Positions 32,301-38,746 of a DNA stretch of 64,000 bases are shown here, in pieces. Position 1 is the first letter of the stretch, and every line of letters begins with the position of its first letter. Source of the stretch: Elusimicrobiota bacterium (GTDB lineage: Bacteria > Elusimicrobiota > UBA8919); contig JAQUMH010000002.1 of the NCBI GenBank assembly GCA_028718185.1, positions 4,088 through 68,087 on the forward strand. Reading direction: 5' to 3'. The notes under the pieces are model-generated. The model worked only from the letters and a program-made list of their open reading frames with translations. It did not search any database and was not told the DNA's origin. Both the position numbers and the translations under genes were made by a program.

Positions 32301-32976
32301 CAGGAGAAGTAATTAAAACAGATAATCCACTCGGAACTGTTTTGTCTATCTTTACAGTTTGTGAATGAGTGGCTTCGCCATTACCAGTATTATCATATGA
32401 CCAATAGTAAACCGTATGCTCTCCATTAGCCCCAATTGCGAATGGCGTAGTGTAAGTTTGAGCAGACAAGTCACCATCAACCAGGTAAAGCGTTTTATTA
32501 ACTCCAGATGTTACATCATAAGCATTTAACGTTACCGTAACATCCGATTTATACCAACCATTTTCGCCGAATGTCCCTGATAAATTACAAGTTGTTGATG
32601 GCGAATATGTATCAAGGGTTATGCTATCATTTGTACTTCCTATATCAGTTGGGGAATAAGTAGTTACAAACACTTTCATATATACCGTTTTATTGCCATC
32701 TCCACTGCCTCCACCGTAAGCAGTCAAGTCCCAGCTGTATTTTATAGAACTTATTCCTTCCCAAGGGGACCATGACGAATTGTTGTTACTGAATATCATC
32801 CATTGAGCATCGGACGGTATATTACCGATGGTTAGCGTTGTGTATTTATAATTTGTATAATCAGCACCCGAGTTGATGTTCAAAGTTAAACCTATTACTC
32901 TTTGAGCGAAAGAAAATAAAAATACAAAACCTATAAAACATCTTAGTAAATAATAAAATTTAAATTTTTTATACAT
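20398..32976 (-). CDS. Giant (4192 aa) secreted multidomain surface protein: signal peptide, Ig-like/OmpL47-type domains, an HExxH metalloprotease-like domain, a series of FlgD-Ig-like domains, 3x (FN3 + CBM4/9-like) and a T9SS-type C-terminal domain
   Basis: A single uninterrupted 12.6 kb frame with a hydrophobic N-terminus. It contains HEFFHAV...NEATSVWMEDE and repeated ..SPNGDGIKE...WDGKN..G..V..G.Y motifs. Three units start TPPI(I/M)..V.S.DITWNSA.(V/I)NW.TNEPSDSQVEYG and continue N(H/A)(S/G)FE.G...W...YY(V/I)DD(V/I).LE. The C-terminus reads VYPNPYKP...GVYIYQI. Confidence 0.9.
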   Translation of the reverse strand: MYKKFKFYYLLRCFIGFVFLFSFAQRVIGLTLNINSGADYTNYKYTTLTIGNIPSDAQWMIFSNNNSSWSPWEGISSIKYSWDLTAYGGGSGDGNKTVYMKVFVTTYSPTDIGSTNDSITLDTYSPSTTCNLSGTFGENGWYKSDVTVTLNAYDVTSGVNKTLYLVDGDLSAQTYTTPFAIGANGEHTVYYWSYDNTGNGEATHSQTVKIDKTVPSGLSVLITSPGTGFTNNRIITLALLASDATSGVAKMQFTEDSNNWPSTWEDYSISKSYYINSTGEGAKTIYFRVKDYAGNISSFVSTSIILDETKPTVVSFNPPDQNQGENETITINVTVSDTIQLEKIVVIPEIGPAKEQYVNGTNDTKSFDNINLRQGINHIMIQVWDVAGNVSNIKDVYYTYGVYKTTNFKFHFRAYTISNPDVNQVNSAGWQSHNGIPDYVYNFGQYFEYSWNQIVKPGSYGYESPPSEYFVIENKLPVYILNLGNGAYGSTAYKHPILGSIIQVDNDYIGDKFYTHGTDAMQITSAHEFFHAVKCSYNPRDDNYWWNEATSVWMEDEIYPNVNDYLQYLKGFAGKPSWFANSTQSLDYINDWNEYGSCIFAKYFSERFNEKDIIRQIWDICKTTDSLSAIDSELISGHGTSLSNEFKTFTVWNYDASKYYIEGNSYPKITVLDTSAKYQYPSGVNTVMHLASHYFEFRPAPDKPTPQTLLLNFDSSVVTPLWGGKVLKVKMDGTIEEQNDLNKTGNTVSISNFDTTCSKVIVIPSNTDAFANNLDYSLIAMIPPNFTVEYFADSNLTQPLATYTGKPITKAQTIYLKITASEQLSANPTFSIDAPGTVNDKTEVATILVSGNVYKGEVNIVSGPGVEGMVSVTISGKDIGENIATNVTPTIGKEFMIDVTPPIGSLLIRDTFAPLENFTGSQQVSLYSTVSDNSEVGWMQFSYDGIIFIGDWIEYTHIYSPWWLTAGAGNKTVWARYKDKAGNISIVEIKDEIYLDTTDPEMPSGPAKAPRFAGGAYSSSTTVTFTWEGDFATDMESGISNFNIAIYNSITDSLIAQADVPNSQTNYTVDGLIHGQSYFAKVRAQNGAGRWSAWLTGGSVMIDTTSPMCVSINDGLYTNNNTQLSCNWSFTEDISGIVEYQYAIGTSQYPNTGWYNIIALTSTGTLSNITRTFDSPLDDGIYYFTVKAKNGAGSETPVSSDGIIVDTTPPDKPQSLSVSPSGWTNQTQFTISWSTPSDLSGIAGAYYKLNTEPANYIPNTQTFTSNFSVVEGNNILYIWLKDNAGNTDYTKNATVTLRYDITPPDITSYSCLAFSPNGDGIKEATTIDYTLSDNFSTVIKTTIKIYDLQNNLVRTLIDSISKNIGANLDIWDGKNTNGVVVAEGIYKCKITAVDEAENLKVYEGDIIVDITPPQVSNGSIYINPGAYSHNIFTKNDKSVDISFDIFDRFSPSAKVSFTFTSGTRLFTKVTDFVVTPNITQNLLYAWDGTDALGNTASDGEYTLGLKATDESGNIGNTIPILQTFKIDRTPSFVTTLYTNIQIFNPELKNDTVTAYYKISDNATVEVAVEDILGQIVRSPISEVKQKDVLYSYTWDGKKQDNSFASDGSYVIKIKTTDEVGNKAEETVNVIKNQIPAQIVSPVFNGIVGNQVEIVGIAIDPVVNDNIDFLCYKVWYATYSNATPDNYISPDMNVWKSIPVPVSNQSPNDVNYPNSNASYRAILNSTLAYWDVSSLPNGTYTILLVAQDSAMPSNYSAITVSVKVDNTIPETDKPILNITAPISDQVFNITTINDKLNISYTLMQNTGKKSNVVLDIFKMVDVNTFGPVILHSEYFNKTAGETIQWDGKDFRKQYVQNGIYRIQLTAVDIDGLGMDKKSVSVNVNVTITEPLKITKFESDKSDVLLNEPVQITYELTKAATVYITIYDTVGNLVKMVDNEFTSGLTEYTTVWSSIVEGLYTCKIDVIAVDDQTKGSASVSIAVIGGPGSGLAEITSPAPYSVNQGSSNFNWSATVKKGEYYSPQSFSATVQTHAAQSWIQTSQQDFGQGGISNIDLNSESGNVKICTKKYDDISTFYNGQKTPTLIIADNKVQFSQYVVDAIHEQYDDISGNYPLAPSSSWTNANDRNDSTLVWPAWAGYGNTWAFVCGRSGPPQGVPPIYPWHYKFYRLRVVGSVAVWHKDGNNCGANIYLQYGNSSNGPWTTYKYWSQVVSHGSSINISFDEEVPTPFYAPYFKILVQPHNSNHGAYLFLNSIEGYQKRYENTGVFISQEHDTYSYSPIWNLFQTSDENNVGYLGGAHITYRIASYNSSGENINWEAAPIVENGVVPSLGQKRYFKWRADFATRDLQTTPVIYNVTQNFGLVGTLISQAHDCKTAPSSWRNFEVSEYKPSGTNITYTTQTSDDGYSWESERTATPGQPIYSTPRKYIRWKATLSTNDGSKTPVLREVKINANYEPSVTVNNTCYNGHDTYNSIEEIRIPYDYIPSSSPYTFVTQTNPKVLKTIVEERGLLELKATTNEKESWDMTTDDQGLPEHKIISKNNEFNNSGNNLQADFVIEGPFEPTVADRYRPITISAAYPLVNMNNPDEIKNKYTFWKQNGTTIDNPYVWIDADNYDTQKQWDIKLQYPDGTMCNDLVVDKKLTKASNTDSNDINDDFTVKISTDEAAPKRFVEIKGSAFGSDFKGYSMFYQKTGDTILKTIPVISTQPVSNNTLSFWDVSGLNGEYKIKLYVFAGNGVKEIEQTVYVGKQVFPGEHKYVSAPWNKAYLEFYTDSLLQPTTVSITPVKLSDTDIIVDTGMPLPLGALFDMEPKDIQFNKDGNGKLVAPAVLTVRFLPEEVTNVDIGKLTAYHVDSNGKVKPTTLTSLGWKKDASGKNDIFEVSCEVVGFSQYLIIPQVPIPEFDANISTITNQQYITITGVVEAVADVTVYNDGASLKTVKADSNGRFSAEISLSEGANPIFAKTTRWFNNIPFDSPKSKITSITRDTTLPQITNLSVSAAVISPDGARIKSEISFVLSKESVINVEIYNNDVLTRALISNLAVPAGNYSCEWDGKNTIGQNVSSGTYTCKVNIIDLAGNASSATTEFEVMSDTTPPIMTNVASSDITWNSAVINWLTNEPSDSQVEYGLTTSYGNSSVLDTVKVTNHSVNITGLTSGTVYHYRVKSKDTAGNLATSEDNSFTSDINFISNHSFELGTSSWTFYTEEAGSFVTTSPGFDGSKSARCTIIKSTGNLQLYQKDIVLNPNTRYRLTFTAYSNTGRDMTLHVFKHGTPYTNYGLSNYLANLTTTWQTFSTEFVTTGFSSVVTDARLMFWYAPYAVAGDVYYVDDVHLETVPPDTTPPIIVSVTSCDITWNSALVNWITNEPSDSQVEYGLTTSYGNSTVLSTVKLTNHSANITGLMPGTVYHYRVSSRDESGNFSTSEDNTFTSDINFISNHSFESGTTSWAFYTEEAGSFVTTSPGFEGSKSARCTITKSTGNIQLYQTGICLNPNTRYKLTFTAYSNTGHDMTVRVFKHGTPYTNYGLDNYLANLTTSWQTYSTEFVTTGFSSVVTDARLMLWYAPYAAAGDVYYVDDIHLETVPPDTTPPIITSVTSSNITWNSAVINWLTNEPSDSQVEYSTTTLYGISTTSDTTKVTSHSVNITGLTLGTTYYYHVTSKDGSGNIATSENYTFSTLSTSSGTNHVINAGFESGTDSWAYYAGGGGTFISTTPGFEGAKSAKCTITAANGNIQLYQTGICLNPNTRYRLIFTAYSPTRHAVTVHLLKHGTPYTDYGLNYTANLGTSWQTFTTEFITTGFTAPVTDGRFRFWFTPYATAGDTYYIDDVRLETVTGLATPPKPIIKYSNTLKSYYYEDGPTLDTASLDPAITVSSLKFKAQVYNTNDNNPTTDYSGTLTLSTKNSKTGILNVADAILTKEDTGEREISIPFNSEIETVSVTGDSMLPTLTNINDMYLAKPIGNNGGMIKGVNKLKIIVSENVLTETRNLAVIKTKTPAVVRNAARYVDTVKPISYDFGRLSFTNKTSVLEEDIFTKPISITIPYTLVDIGELKEEGLRIYSWNGREWELVPGVHIVDKLNKTITANVKRFTTYRILGSYLATDLSNVKVYPNPYKPNMAVGGKLKVINLPINSEMKIYTVSGELARELKEADFGNLGWLEWDGKNDDGDKVARGVYIYQIRDATGRKKTGKVGLIK
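20401..20670 (-). other. T9SS-type / FlgD-Ig-like C-terminal sorting domain of the giant protein (last ~90 aa)
   Basis: The sequence is VKVYPNPYKP..KLKVINLP..MKIYTVSGELAREL....WDGKNDDGDKVARGVYIYQIRD...GKVGLIK. It fits the Por-secretion CTD pattern (YPNP at the start, G.Y near the end). Confidence 0.65.
21492..23706 (-). repeat. Intragenic tandem triplication, 3 x 738 nt (246 aa each: FN3 + CBM4/9-like module)
   Basis: The equivalent Asp codons of PPDTTPPI lie at 23704-23706, 22966-22968 and 22228-22230, an exact 738-nt period. Units 1 and 2 look about nine-tenths identical at the nucleotide level over the stretches compared by eye. Unit 3 is clearly more diverged. Confidence 0.9.
31333..31398 (-). 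other. Putative zinc-metalloprotease active site (HEFFH at residues 527-531, candidate third-ligand Glu at 548/555)
   Basis: The reverse complement of 31384-31398 encodes HEFFH. It is followed by AVKCSYNPRDDNYWWNEATSVWMEDE, which resembles the thermolysin-type HExxHAV plus downstream E arrangement. Confidence 0.55.
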
Positions 32977-32981
32977 AAAAA

Positions 32982-34172
32982 CTATTGTTTTTTCTTAATT
33001 AAAATAATATTTATTTCCTTTGTGCTGGTATTCCCATAACAATCAGTGGCAACTACTTTAACTTTATTTACTCCTTCTTTTTGAAGATATGGTTTAATAT
33101 CATCCAAAGAATATACTTTTTTTCTGAAGCTAGTAGTAAAATTATATGGGGACCCAAAACTTATACGTTTGTTATTAGAATATGTGCATAATAATGTTGG
33201 ACTACTATCTCCATATATAAACTTTATTGAACCATATATCTTGCCTTTCACATATTCTTCATATGGTATCTCATCAAACTTTTGCCCATCTTCTACACCT
33301 TCTATCTCTATTGTGGGTGGGGTAATGTCTGTTTTGGCTTTCGGTGGATAAACAATCCAAACACTATCAAAATCCTCTTGCATCGCAAACTTACTTCCTT
33401 CATTCTCTGCACCAATACTAACATTCCAGATTCCTGTTGATGGTAATACCCCCGTCTCACTGAAATTATATATATTTTGTCCAGGAGGACCATATAATTC
33501 TACAAGTCCAGGTTTATCTTTAAACTGTTCTTTAAATTCAAGATAATATTTTCTACCTCGTTCTTTTCCATACATCTTCTCTTGATATATTTCTTCCGGT
33601 AATATATGTTCCACTTTAGATAATTTTATCTTTTGTTTTTCTGTTATACTTACATCTCCAATTTTTATCCAAGCATTTGTTACATTATAAACCTCTGGCG
33701 TTTCTATTGTGCCTTTTATTACTATATTAGACGAATCTACCACTTCACTATCTTTTGGTTCAATTATCTTAACAATAGAACTTTGCTCGCTATAAAAATT
33801 TAATCTATTTTTCCATGTTATTATTTTTATTTTCTTCTTGTTCACCTCACTTAACTTATTCCATATATTTTCTAATTCTCGTTGAATATCTAATGTAGAA
33901 TTCTTTTTCTGATACAATCGCATATTAGGCTTCTTATATTTTTGAGGTAAAGAATCAGGATCATTTATGCAGTAGAACTTATACATAAATGCCGTCTCTT
34001 CATCTATAATTCCTGCATGCCGATCATCTTCCACCAAATTCCACGACCTTTTTTCACCAGGGTTAGAAACCGCTTCCCTGGCAAACATTATGCCGATTCC
34101 TCCAATCAAATCAACAAATAAACAAATTAACACCCACTTGTTAAACAATTTTCTTATCAACATTTTTTTCAC
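32982..34172 (-). CDS. Hypothetical membrane-anchored protein (396 aa), no family recognised; its stop lies 5 nt before the giant-gene start
   Basis: It has an N-terminal TM (WVLICLFVDLIGGIGIMF). The rest looks predicted beta-rich (VVATDCYGNTSTKEINI is an Ig-like-type ending). The tight spacing suggests translational coupling. Confidence 0.6.
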   Translation of the reverse strand: MKKMLIRKLFNKWVLICLFVDLIGGIGIMFAREAVSNPGEKRSWNLVEDDRHAGIIDEETAFMYKFYCINDPDSLPQKYKKPNMRLYQKKNSTLDIQRELENIWNKLSEVNKKKIKIITWKNRLNFYSEQSSIVKIIEPKDSEVVDSSNIVIKGTIETPEVYNVTNAWIKIGDVSITEKQKIKLSKVEHILPEEIYQEKMYGKERGRKYYLEFKEQFKDKPGLVELYGPPGQNIYNFSETGVLPSTGIWNVSIGAENEGSKFAMQEDFDSVWIVYPPKAKTDITPPTIEIEGVEDGQKFDEIPYEEYVKGKIYGSIKFIYGDSSPTLLCTYSNNKRISFGSPYNFTTSFRKKVYSLDDIKPYLQKEGVNKVKVVATDCYGNTSTKEINIILIKKKQ

Positions 34173-34260
34173 CTCTATTTTATCTAAAATATTATTTTAT
34201 TTTTCCTAAATCTGTTTTAGTTTTATCACCAAGTTTTACTGGTTTTGTCTCTTCAAATAA

Positions 34261-35262
34261 TCACTCGCTTCCAAAACTATAACCAATTGATACTCTTTGG
34301 TTTGGGTTAAGTGTTTCAACCAAACCAATCCCATAATCAACTTTTAATCCTTTCATTTGGAAACCTGCGCCAAGAGTAACCTTATCAATATCATATCCTA
34401 CTTTATAGCCAAATCGCAGAAATACTGTTTCTTTGAAACTATACTCAATACCAATGTTTTCCCTTATATTACTTTCATTTGGTTTAACTGTGTCAATGGC
34501 AATCAAAAAACTGTGATTTTGTAATACCGTTTTATTATATGCTATTCCTAACCTTATGTTCATAGGAAGTGCGTCTCCCTGTTCAATGTACTTCAGTTTT
34601 GTCCCTACATTTTGAACAGCAAGTCCTGTTGAAAGTCCATCAACGGTTGTATAATATAAAATACCAAAATCCACTGCATATGCAGTCCCTGAATATGTTT
34701 CTACAAGTTTGGATGAAAGATACTTTGCAGTTAACCCTAATGAAAAATTATTGAAAATTTCTTTGCCATAACCTATTGTTCCAACTATATCCTGCTGTGC
34801 TTTAACATTCCTTGAAGTACCATCAAGATTATTCCATTCAAAATTACCACCATCATAATAAAGAAAACTTGCTCCAAAACTGCCTATTCCATTTGATGGC
34901 GTTCCTACCCATCCAACTAAACCGTAATTTTCATCTACTCTGCCTTTTAAATACATACTCGCTATTTCATTACCTTCTATATTTACCAAACCTGCCGGGT
35001 TATAATAAAGTGCATTTGTGTCATCACATACAGCAACAAACGCTTCACCCATACCTACAGTTCTGGCACTTACTGTCTGATTTAAAATCCTTGCACCGGA
35101 GGTACCAGAACCAGCATAAAGACAGGAAGTAGGGAGTAGGAAGTAGGAAGTGGTAAAGGCAATAAATAAAACCAGAGATTGCCACGAGCCAATTGACATC
35201 GGCTCTCGCAATGACTTCCTTTCTAAAATTTCTCTAAACATAACACACATCCTAAACATCAA
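34261..35262 (-). CDS. PorV/PorQ-family (UPF0164-like) outer-membrane beta-barrel protein; the true start is probably Met22 at 35199
   Basis: The motif GARILNQTVSARTVGMGEAFVAVCDDTNALYYNPAGL matches the PorV/LptO N-terminal signature. Amphipathic beta strands alternate through to the C-terminal ...IGYSFGSE. Confidence 0.6.
   Translation of the reverse strand: MMFRMCVMFREILERKSLREPMSIGSWQSLVLFIAFTTSYFLLPTSCLYAGSGTSGARILNQTVSARTVGMGEAFVAVCDDTNALYYNPAGLVNIEGNEIASMYLKGRVDENYGLVGWVGTPSNGIGSFGASFLYYDGGNFEWNNLDGTSRNVKAQQDIVGTIGYGKEIFNNFSLGLTAKYLSSKLVETYSGTAYAVDFGILYYTTVDGLSTGLAVQNVGTKLKYIEQGDALPMNIRLGIAYNKTVLQNHSFLIAIDTVKPNESNIRENIGIEYSFKETVFLRFGYKVGYDIDKVTLGAGFQMKGLKVDYGIGLVETLNPNQRVSIGYSFGSE
35124..35215. 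repeat. Repeat modules forming the 5' end of the PorV-like ORF (7-nt AGGAAGT/AGGGAGT units plus a family A half-element GAGATTGCC...CTCGCAATGAC)
   Basis: AGGAAGTAGGGAGTAGGAAGTAGGAAGTGG at 35124-35153 and GAGATTGCCACGAGCCaattgacatcGGCTCTCGCAATGAC at 35175-35215 were read directly. They are translated as ...REPMSIGSWQSL...TTSYFLLPTSCL. Confidence 0.75.
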
Positions 35263-35285
35263 CGTTTATCAATTTTGCTTGGCAC

Positions 35286-38200
35286 TCATTTCACAACGCA
35301 AATCTTTTTTGTTTGTTTGAATCCTGGTCCTTCTATATGAATATAATAAATTCCTGAAGCAACTACTTCTTCTTCACTATTTTTACCATACCAATTTTCT
35401 GAATATGTTCCCGCAACCACATCCTTATCAACAAGTGTTTTTATAAATACACCGTCTATCGTGTATAGTTTTATTGTTATATGTCCTGCCTGTGGTACAC
35501 TGTAATAAACTTTACAAATATCACCTTTTATTGGATTAATCACATTATTTACAGGCAATATATGGTCTTGTTCAAGTTTTGCCTGATGCGAAGAATACAG
35601 ATTAACCAAATAAATATCACCACCATAATTACAAACCACTTTTGTACCGTCGAGTGAAAATCTTGAGTTATCATACCCAAAAACATAAGATGCAGGAGTA
35701 AGTTGCTGCCTTTCAGAACCATCAGGATTGGAAATAACAATTTTACGATTCAATAAGGATTCATCAACATATGTAATTTTTGAACCATACCAGTCAATAC
35801 CCCATTTAGTGAGTTGATAAACCATACCAGTTACTGTATCAATTACTCTATCATAATTAACAACTTTTGTAGCATCGGGAGACCATCCGATATCCCATAT
35901 GAACCATATATTACCATCTTTTGTGATTTGTGTGTTTGTTCCATTCTCGTATATCCACAAATCACCATTATAATAATAGGCAACTTTAGAACCAGAAGGT
36001 GAGTAAATCGGATAAGACCCAATCGCAATTTTTTGTTTACTTGTACCATCACTGTTTATAATGTATGTTCCTGAAACACCGCTTATTGTCCCAAAGAAAA
36101 CAACTTTTGTTCCATCTGATGAGAATGACGGTACACTATAGGAAACAAAATCAGGAAAAGAAACAAGTTTGATAAGCGAAGAAAAGTTACTAATAACAAG
36201 TTCAGTTCCTAAAATGAATGTAATTTTTTTATTATCCTGTGACCATCCGATATAATATGTTGGACTGGCGCTATCAACAGAATAAACCGAATTCCCATAA
36301 ATATCTTTCACTTTTACATAATATCTACCATTATAAAGATAAGAATACGCAACTTTAGTGCCATCGGGCGATAATACTTCAGATAAAAACGATGTTGTGC
36401 TAGTTTCAATCAGTGTCTCATTTTTCCCATTCACATCAATAGACTTTAATTCTTCTCTGTCTTCATAATTAGCATTATAAATAATTTTTTGTCCAGCATC
36501 AACCAAATTAAAGTAATAAGATAAGGTATTATTTGTAAGATTTTTCTTATTAGTAGCATCTGTTTTTATCGTATATATATTTTGTTGACTGCCACAACCT
36601 ATACGATCGTTGGTAGGTGAGAATGCAAAAAAGTCATAATCTTCAACAATTTTTATATTTCCGGTTCCATCACTGTTTATGATATAACATGAATTGGAAT
36701 CAGCGTAATAATTATAACCGAGATAGCAAACCTTTGAACCATCAGGTGACCATTTAAATTTATAGTAGTAGTATCCAGCGGTTGTTGTTAACTGTATATT
36801 TCCGGTTCCATCAGGATTAATTGTGTAAAGGTAATCACTTGGAGAGGAACCATAACAGTAAACAATTTTATTAGTAGCTGACCAATCAGGGAAACTTCCA
36901 TCACATAAATAATTTGGCGCACCACCTGTTGACGTTATAATATTTATATCACCTGAAAAATAATATACAATTTTATTACTATCAGGTGCCCATGAATAAC
37001 CCGCCCAACACTCTGCAAGATACATATACCCTGTTCCATTAATATTTATTACTGAAAGCCTATTACTATCTTTAATAAATGCTATTTTTGTGCCATCAGG
37101 TGATACTTTAATATCTTCCATTGTTGATGTAGATGTATATATTACAGTTTTTCCTGAACCGTCATTATTCATAGTACATATAGAATAATTTAAAACGGTA
37201 TCATTTGCTCTGACATATATAATTTTGCTCTGCCCGAAAATAAACTTTGCACCCAACTCAACATATTCATCATTCGTAATTTGTTTTTTATTAGAACCAT
37301 CTGCCGACATAATGTAAAGGTCAACACCATTTTCATTATTCAGTGAATAGACAATTCCTGCTGATGACCAGTCAAAAGCAGTATATTCGGCACGGCTTCC
37401 GGTTAATCTTGTTGTCCAACCTGCAGTTCCTTTTGCTGTGCTTTCAATCGCAATCCCTGTAAAATTCTGGTCTGTTTGATTCGCTGAAAGATTAGAATAA
37501 CTTTTACTTTCCGGTGAGAATGTATAATTTGTCTTTGTCGGTGTAACAGTAAAATTCCCTCCTTCAGAAATACCTGTGAATTTATAATATCCTGTTGCTG
37601 TTGTAGTCGAAAATCTTAAATCTGCACCAGTTAAACACACCAGAACACCATTGATTGCTGTCCCTGAATTATCTTTAACATAACCCGCTATTGCAAAAAG
37701 TTGAGGGGTAGAAACATCGGGTGCATCAATAGAATATGTGGCTCCAATTGCTAATGTATTCCATTTATCATATGCTTGAAAATAATATATATAATCAGTT
37801 CCGGAGGATAAATTTGTAGAATATGTAAAGAGTTTGCCATCAGAATATGAGGTATCGTTGACATCAACTTCGTTCATTATATAGGTTTTTGTTCCTTGCC
37901 AACTCGCACCTAATGCTGTGGATATTACAACTCTTGGATAATATGATTCTGGAGCATCATCATCGGCATCTGTATATTTTACTCTACATGTGAATATTGT
38001 TGAAGGACTGCCTGTTTCAGGATTTAAGCCATCAGAAGTATAATTTGTCTCACCTGTCCACGAAAGCACAGGTGCTGTATTGGTAGAACGATAATTAAGA
38101 TACCCTGACCAACTATTATAAGAAAATTTAAGTTTCAGGTAATATATCTGTGATGATGTTGCATTATAATTAAATGGATCACCAGATGAACTACTTGCTA

Positions 38201-38510
38201 CTTGATTTGTTCCTGCAGAATCGCTGTAGAGGTAAGCATTGCAATTATTGGAATAATTGGTAAAAGAAAAATAATATATTGTGCCTGCTGTCATTGATAT
38301 CTTAAACCAATCTGTTGTATCTGTTGCAGATAAATCGTGTGGTCCATCTGATTGGGTAGTTGCGGTAGGTGTTATAACTGTTCCATTTACTGCATTATCA
38401 TCTGTCGGATCCCATGCATCTGCATAAAGATAGGTAAAGAATATAAATTGAACTAAAAAAAGAAATAAAATGTATTTTATGCAACAGGGAAACTTTAATC
38501 TAATCTTCAT
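35286..38510 (-). CDS. 1074-aa secreted protein: PPC-like domain, CarboxypepD_reg-like domain, multiple TolB/PD40 beta-propeller repeats and a T9SS-type C-terminal domain
   Basis: It has a signal-like N-terminus and FAIAGYVKDNSGTAINGVLV...GYYKFTGI. There are at least 7 motifs of the S(P/S/L)(D/S)G(T/S)K(V/I) type. The C-terminus reads ..ITIKLYTIDGVFIKTLVD...GIYYIHIEG. Confidence 0.75.
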   Translation of the reverse strand: MKIRLKFPCCIKYILFLFLVQFIFFTYLYADAWDPTDDNAVNGTVITPTATTQSDGPHDLSATDTTDWFKISMTAGTIYYFSFTNYSNNCNAYLYSDSAGTNQVASSSSGDPFNYNATSSQIYYLKLKFSYNSWSGYLNYRSTNTAPVLSWTGETNYTSDGLNPETGSPSTIFTCRVKYTDADDDAPESYYPRVVISTALGASWQGTKTYIMNEVDVNDTSYSDGKLFTYSTNLSSGTDYIYYFQAYDKWNTLAIGATYSIDAPDVSTPQLFAIAGYVKDNSGTAINGVLVCLTGADLRFSTTTATGYYKFTGISEGGNFTVTPTKTNYTFSPESKSYSNLSANQTDQNFTGIAIESTAKGTAGWTTRLTGSRAEYTAFDWSSAGIVYSLNNENGVDLYIMSADGSNKKQITNDEYVELGAKFIFGQSKIIYVRANDTVLNYSICTMNNDGSGKTVIYTSTSTMEDIKVSPDGTKIAFIKDSNRLSVININGTGYMYLAECWAGYSWAPDSNKIVYYFSGDINIITSTGGAPNYLCDGSFPDWSATNKIVYCYGSSPSDYLYTINPDGTGNIQLTTTAGYYYYKFKWSPDGSKVCYLGYNYYADSNSCYIINSDGTGNIKIVEDYDFFAFSPTNDRIGCGSQQNIYTIKTDATNKKNLTNNTLSYYFNLVDAGQKIIYNANYEDREELKSIDVNGKNETLIETSTTSFLSEVLSPDGTKVAYSYLYNGRYYVKVKDIYGNSVYSVDSASPTYYIGWSQDNKKITFILGTELVISNFSSLIKLVSFPDFVSYSVPSFSSDGTKVVFFGTISGVSGTYIINSDGTSKQKIAIGSYPIYSPSGSKVAYYYNGDLWIYENGTNTQITKDGNIWFIWDIGWSPDATKVVNYDRVIDTVTGMVYQLTKWGIDWYGSKITYVDESLLNRKIVISNPDGSERQQLTPASYVFGYDNSRFSLDGTKVVCNYGGDIYLVNLYSSHQAKLEQDHILPVNNVINPIKGDICKVYYSVPQAGHITIKLYTIDGVFIKTLVDKDVVAGTYSENWYGKNSEEEVVASGIYYIHIEGPGFKQTKKICVVK

Positions 38511-38549
38511 ATTCTTTACATCCAGTTTAATAATATCTGTTTTAAAATA

Positions 38550-38577
38550 ATTATAAATATTTTAAGAACTTTGTCAA
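38550..38577 (-). promoter_or_regulatory. Near-consensus sigma70-type promoter for the four-gene operon (TTGACA-16 nt-TATAAT)
   Basis: On the minus strand, TTGACA is at 38577-38572, a 16-nt spacer follows, and TATAAT is at 38555-38550. This is about 40 nt upstream of the ATG at 38510. The call rests on the sequence match only, with no expression data. Confidence 0.5.
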
Positions 38578-38746
38578 GTATTTTCCTTATTTAGCAAATT
38601 TTTATGTGCAATTATTAACACTATTTGCCAACTACTAGTTGATTATATTATTTTATGGTTACATTCTTAAATAATTTGTCAAGAGGTTATTTGTATATAT
38701 TGTTGTGCAATTATCGATATAATTAATTAATAAATATTTATTTATT

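Noticed and set aside
38677-38682. A second TTGACA hexamer on the minus strand, ~100 nt upstream of the called promoter
   Set aside because: No acceptable -10 hexamer lies at 16-18-nt spacing (ACCATA at 17 nt; TAAAAT only at ~21 nt). It is not called as a promoter.
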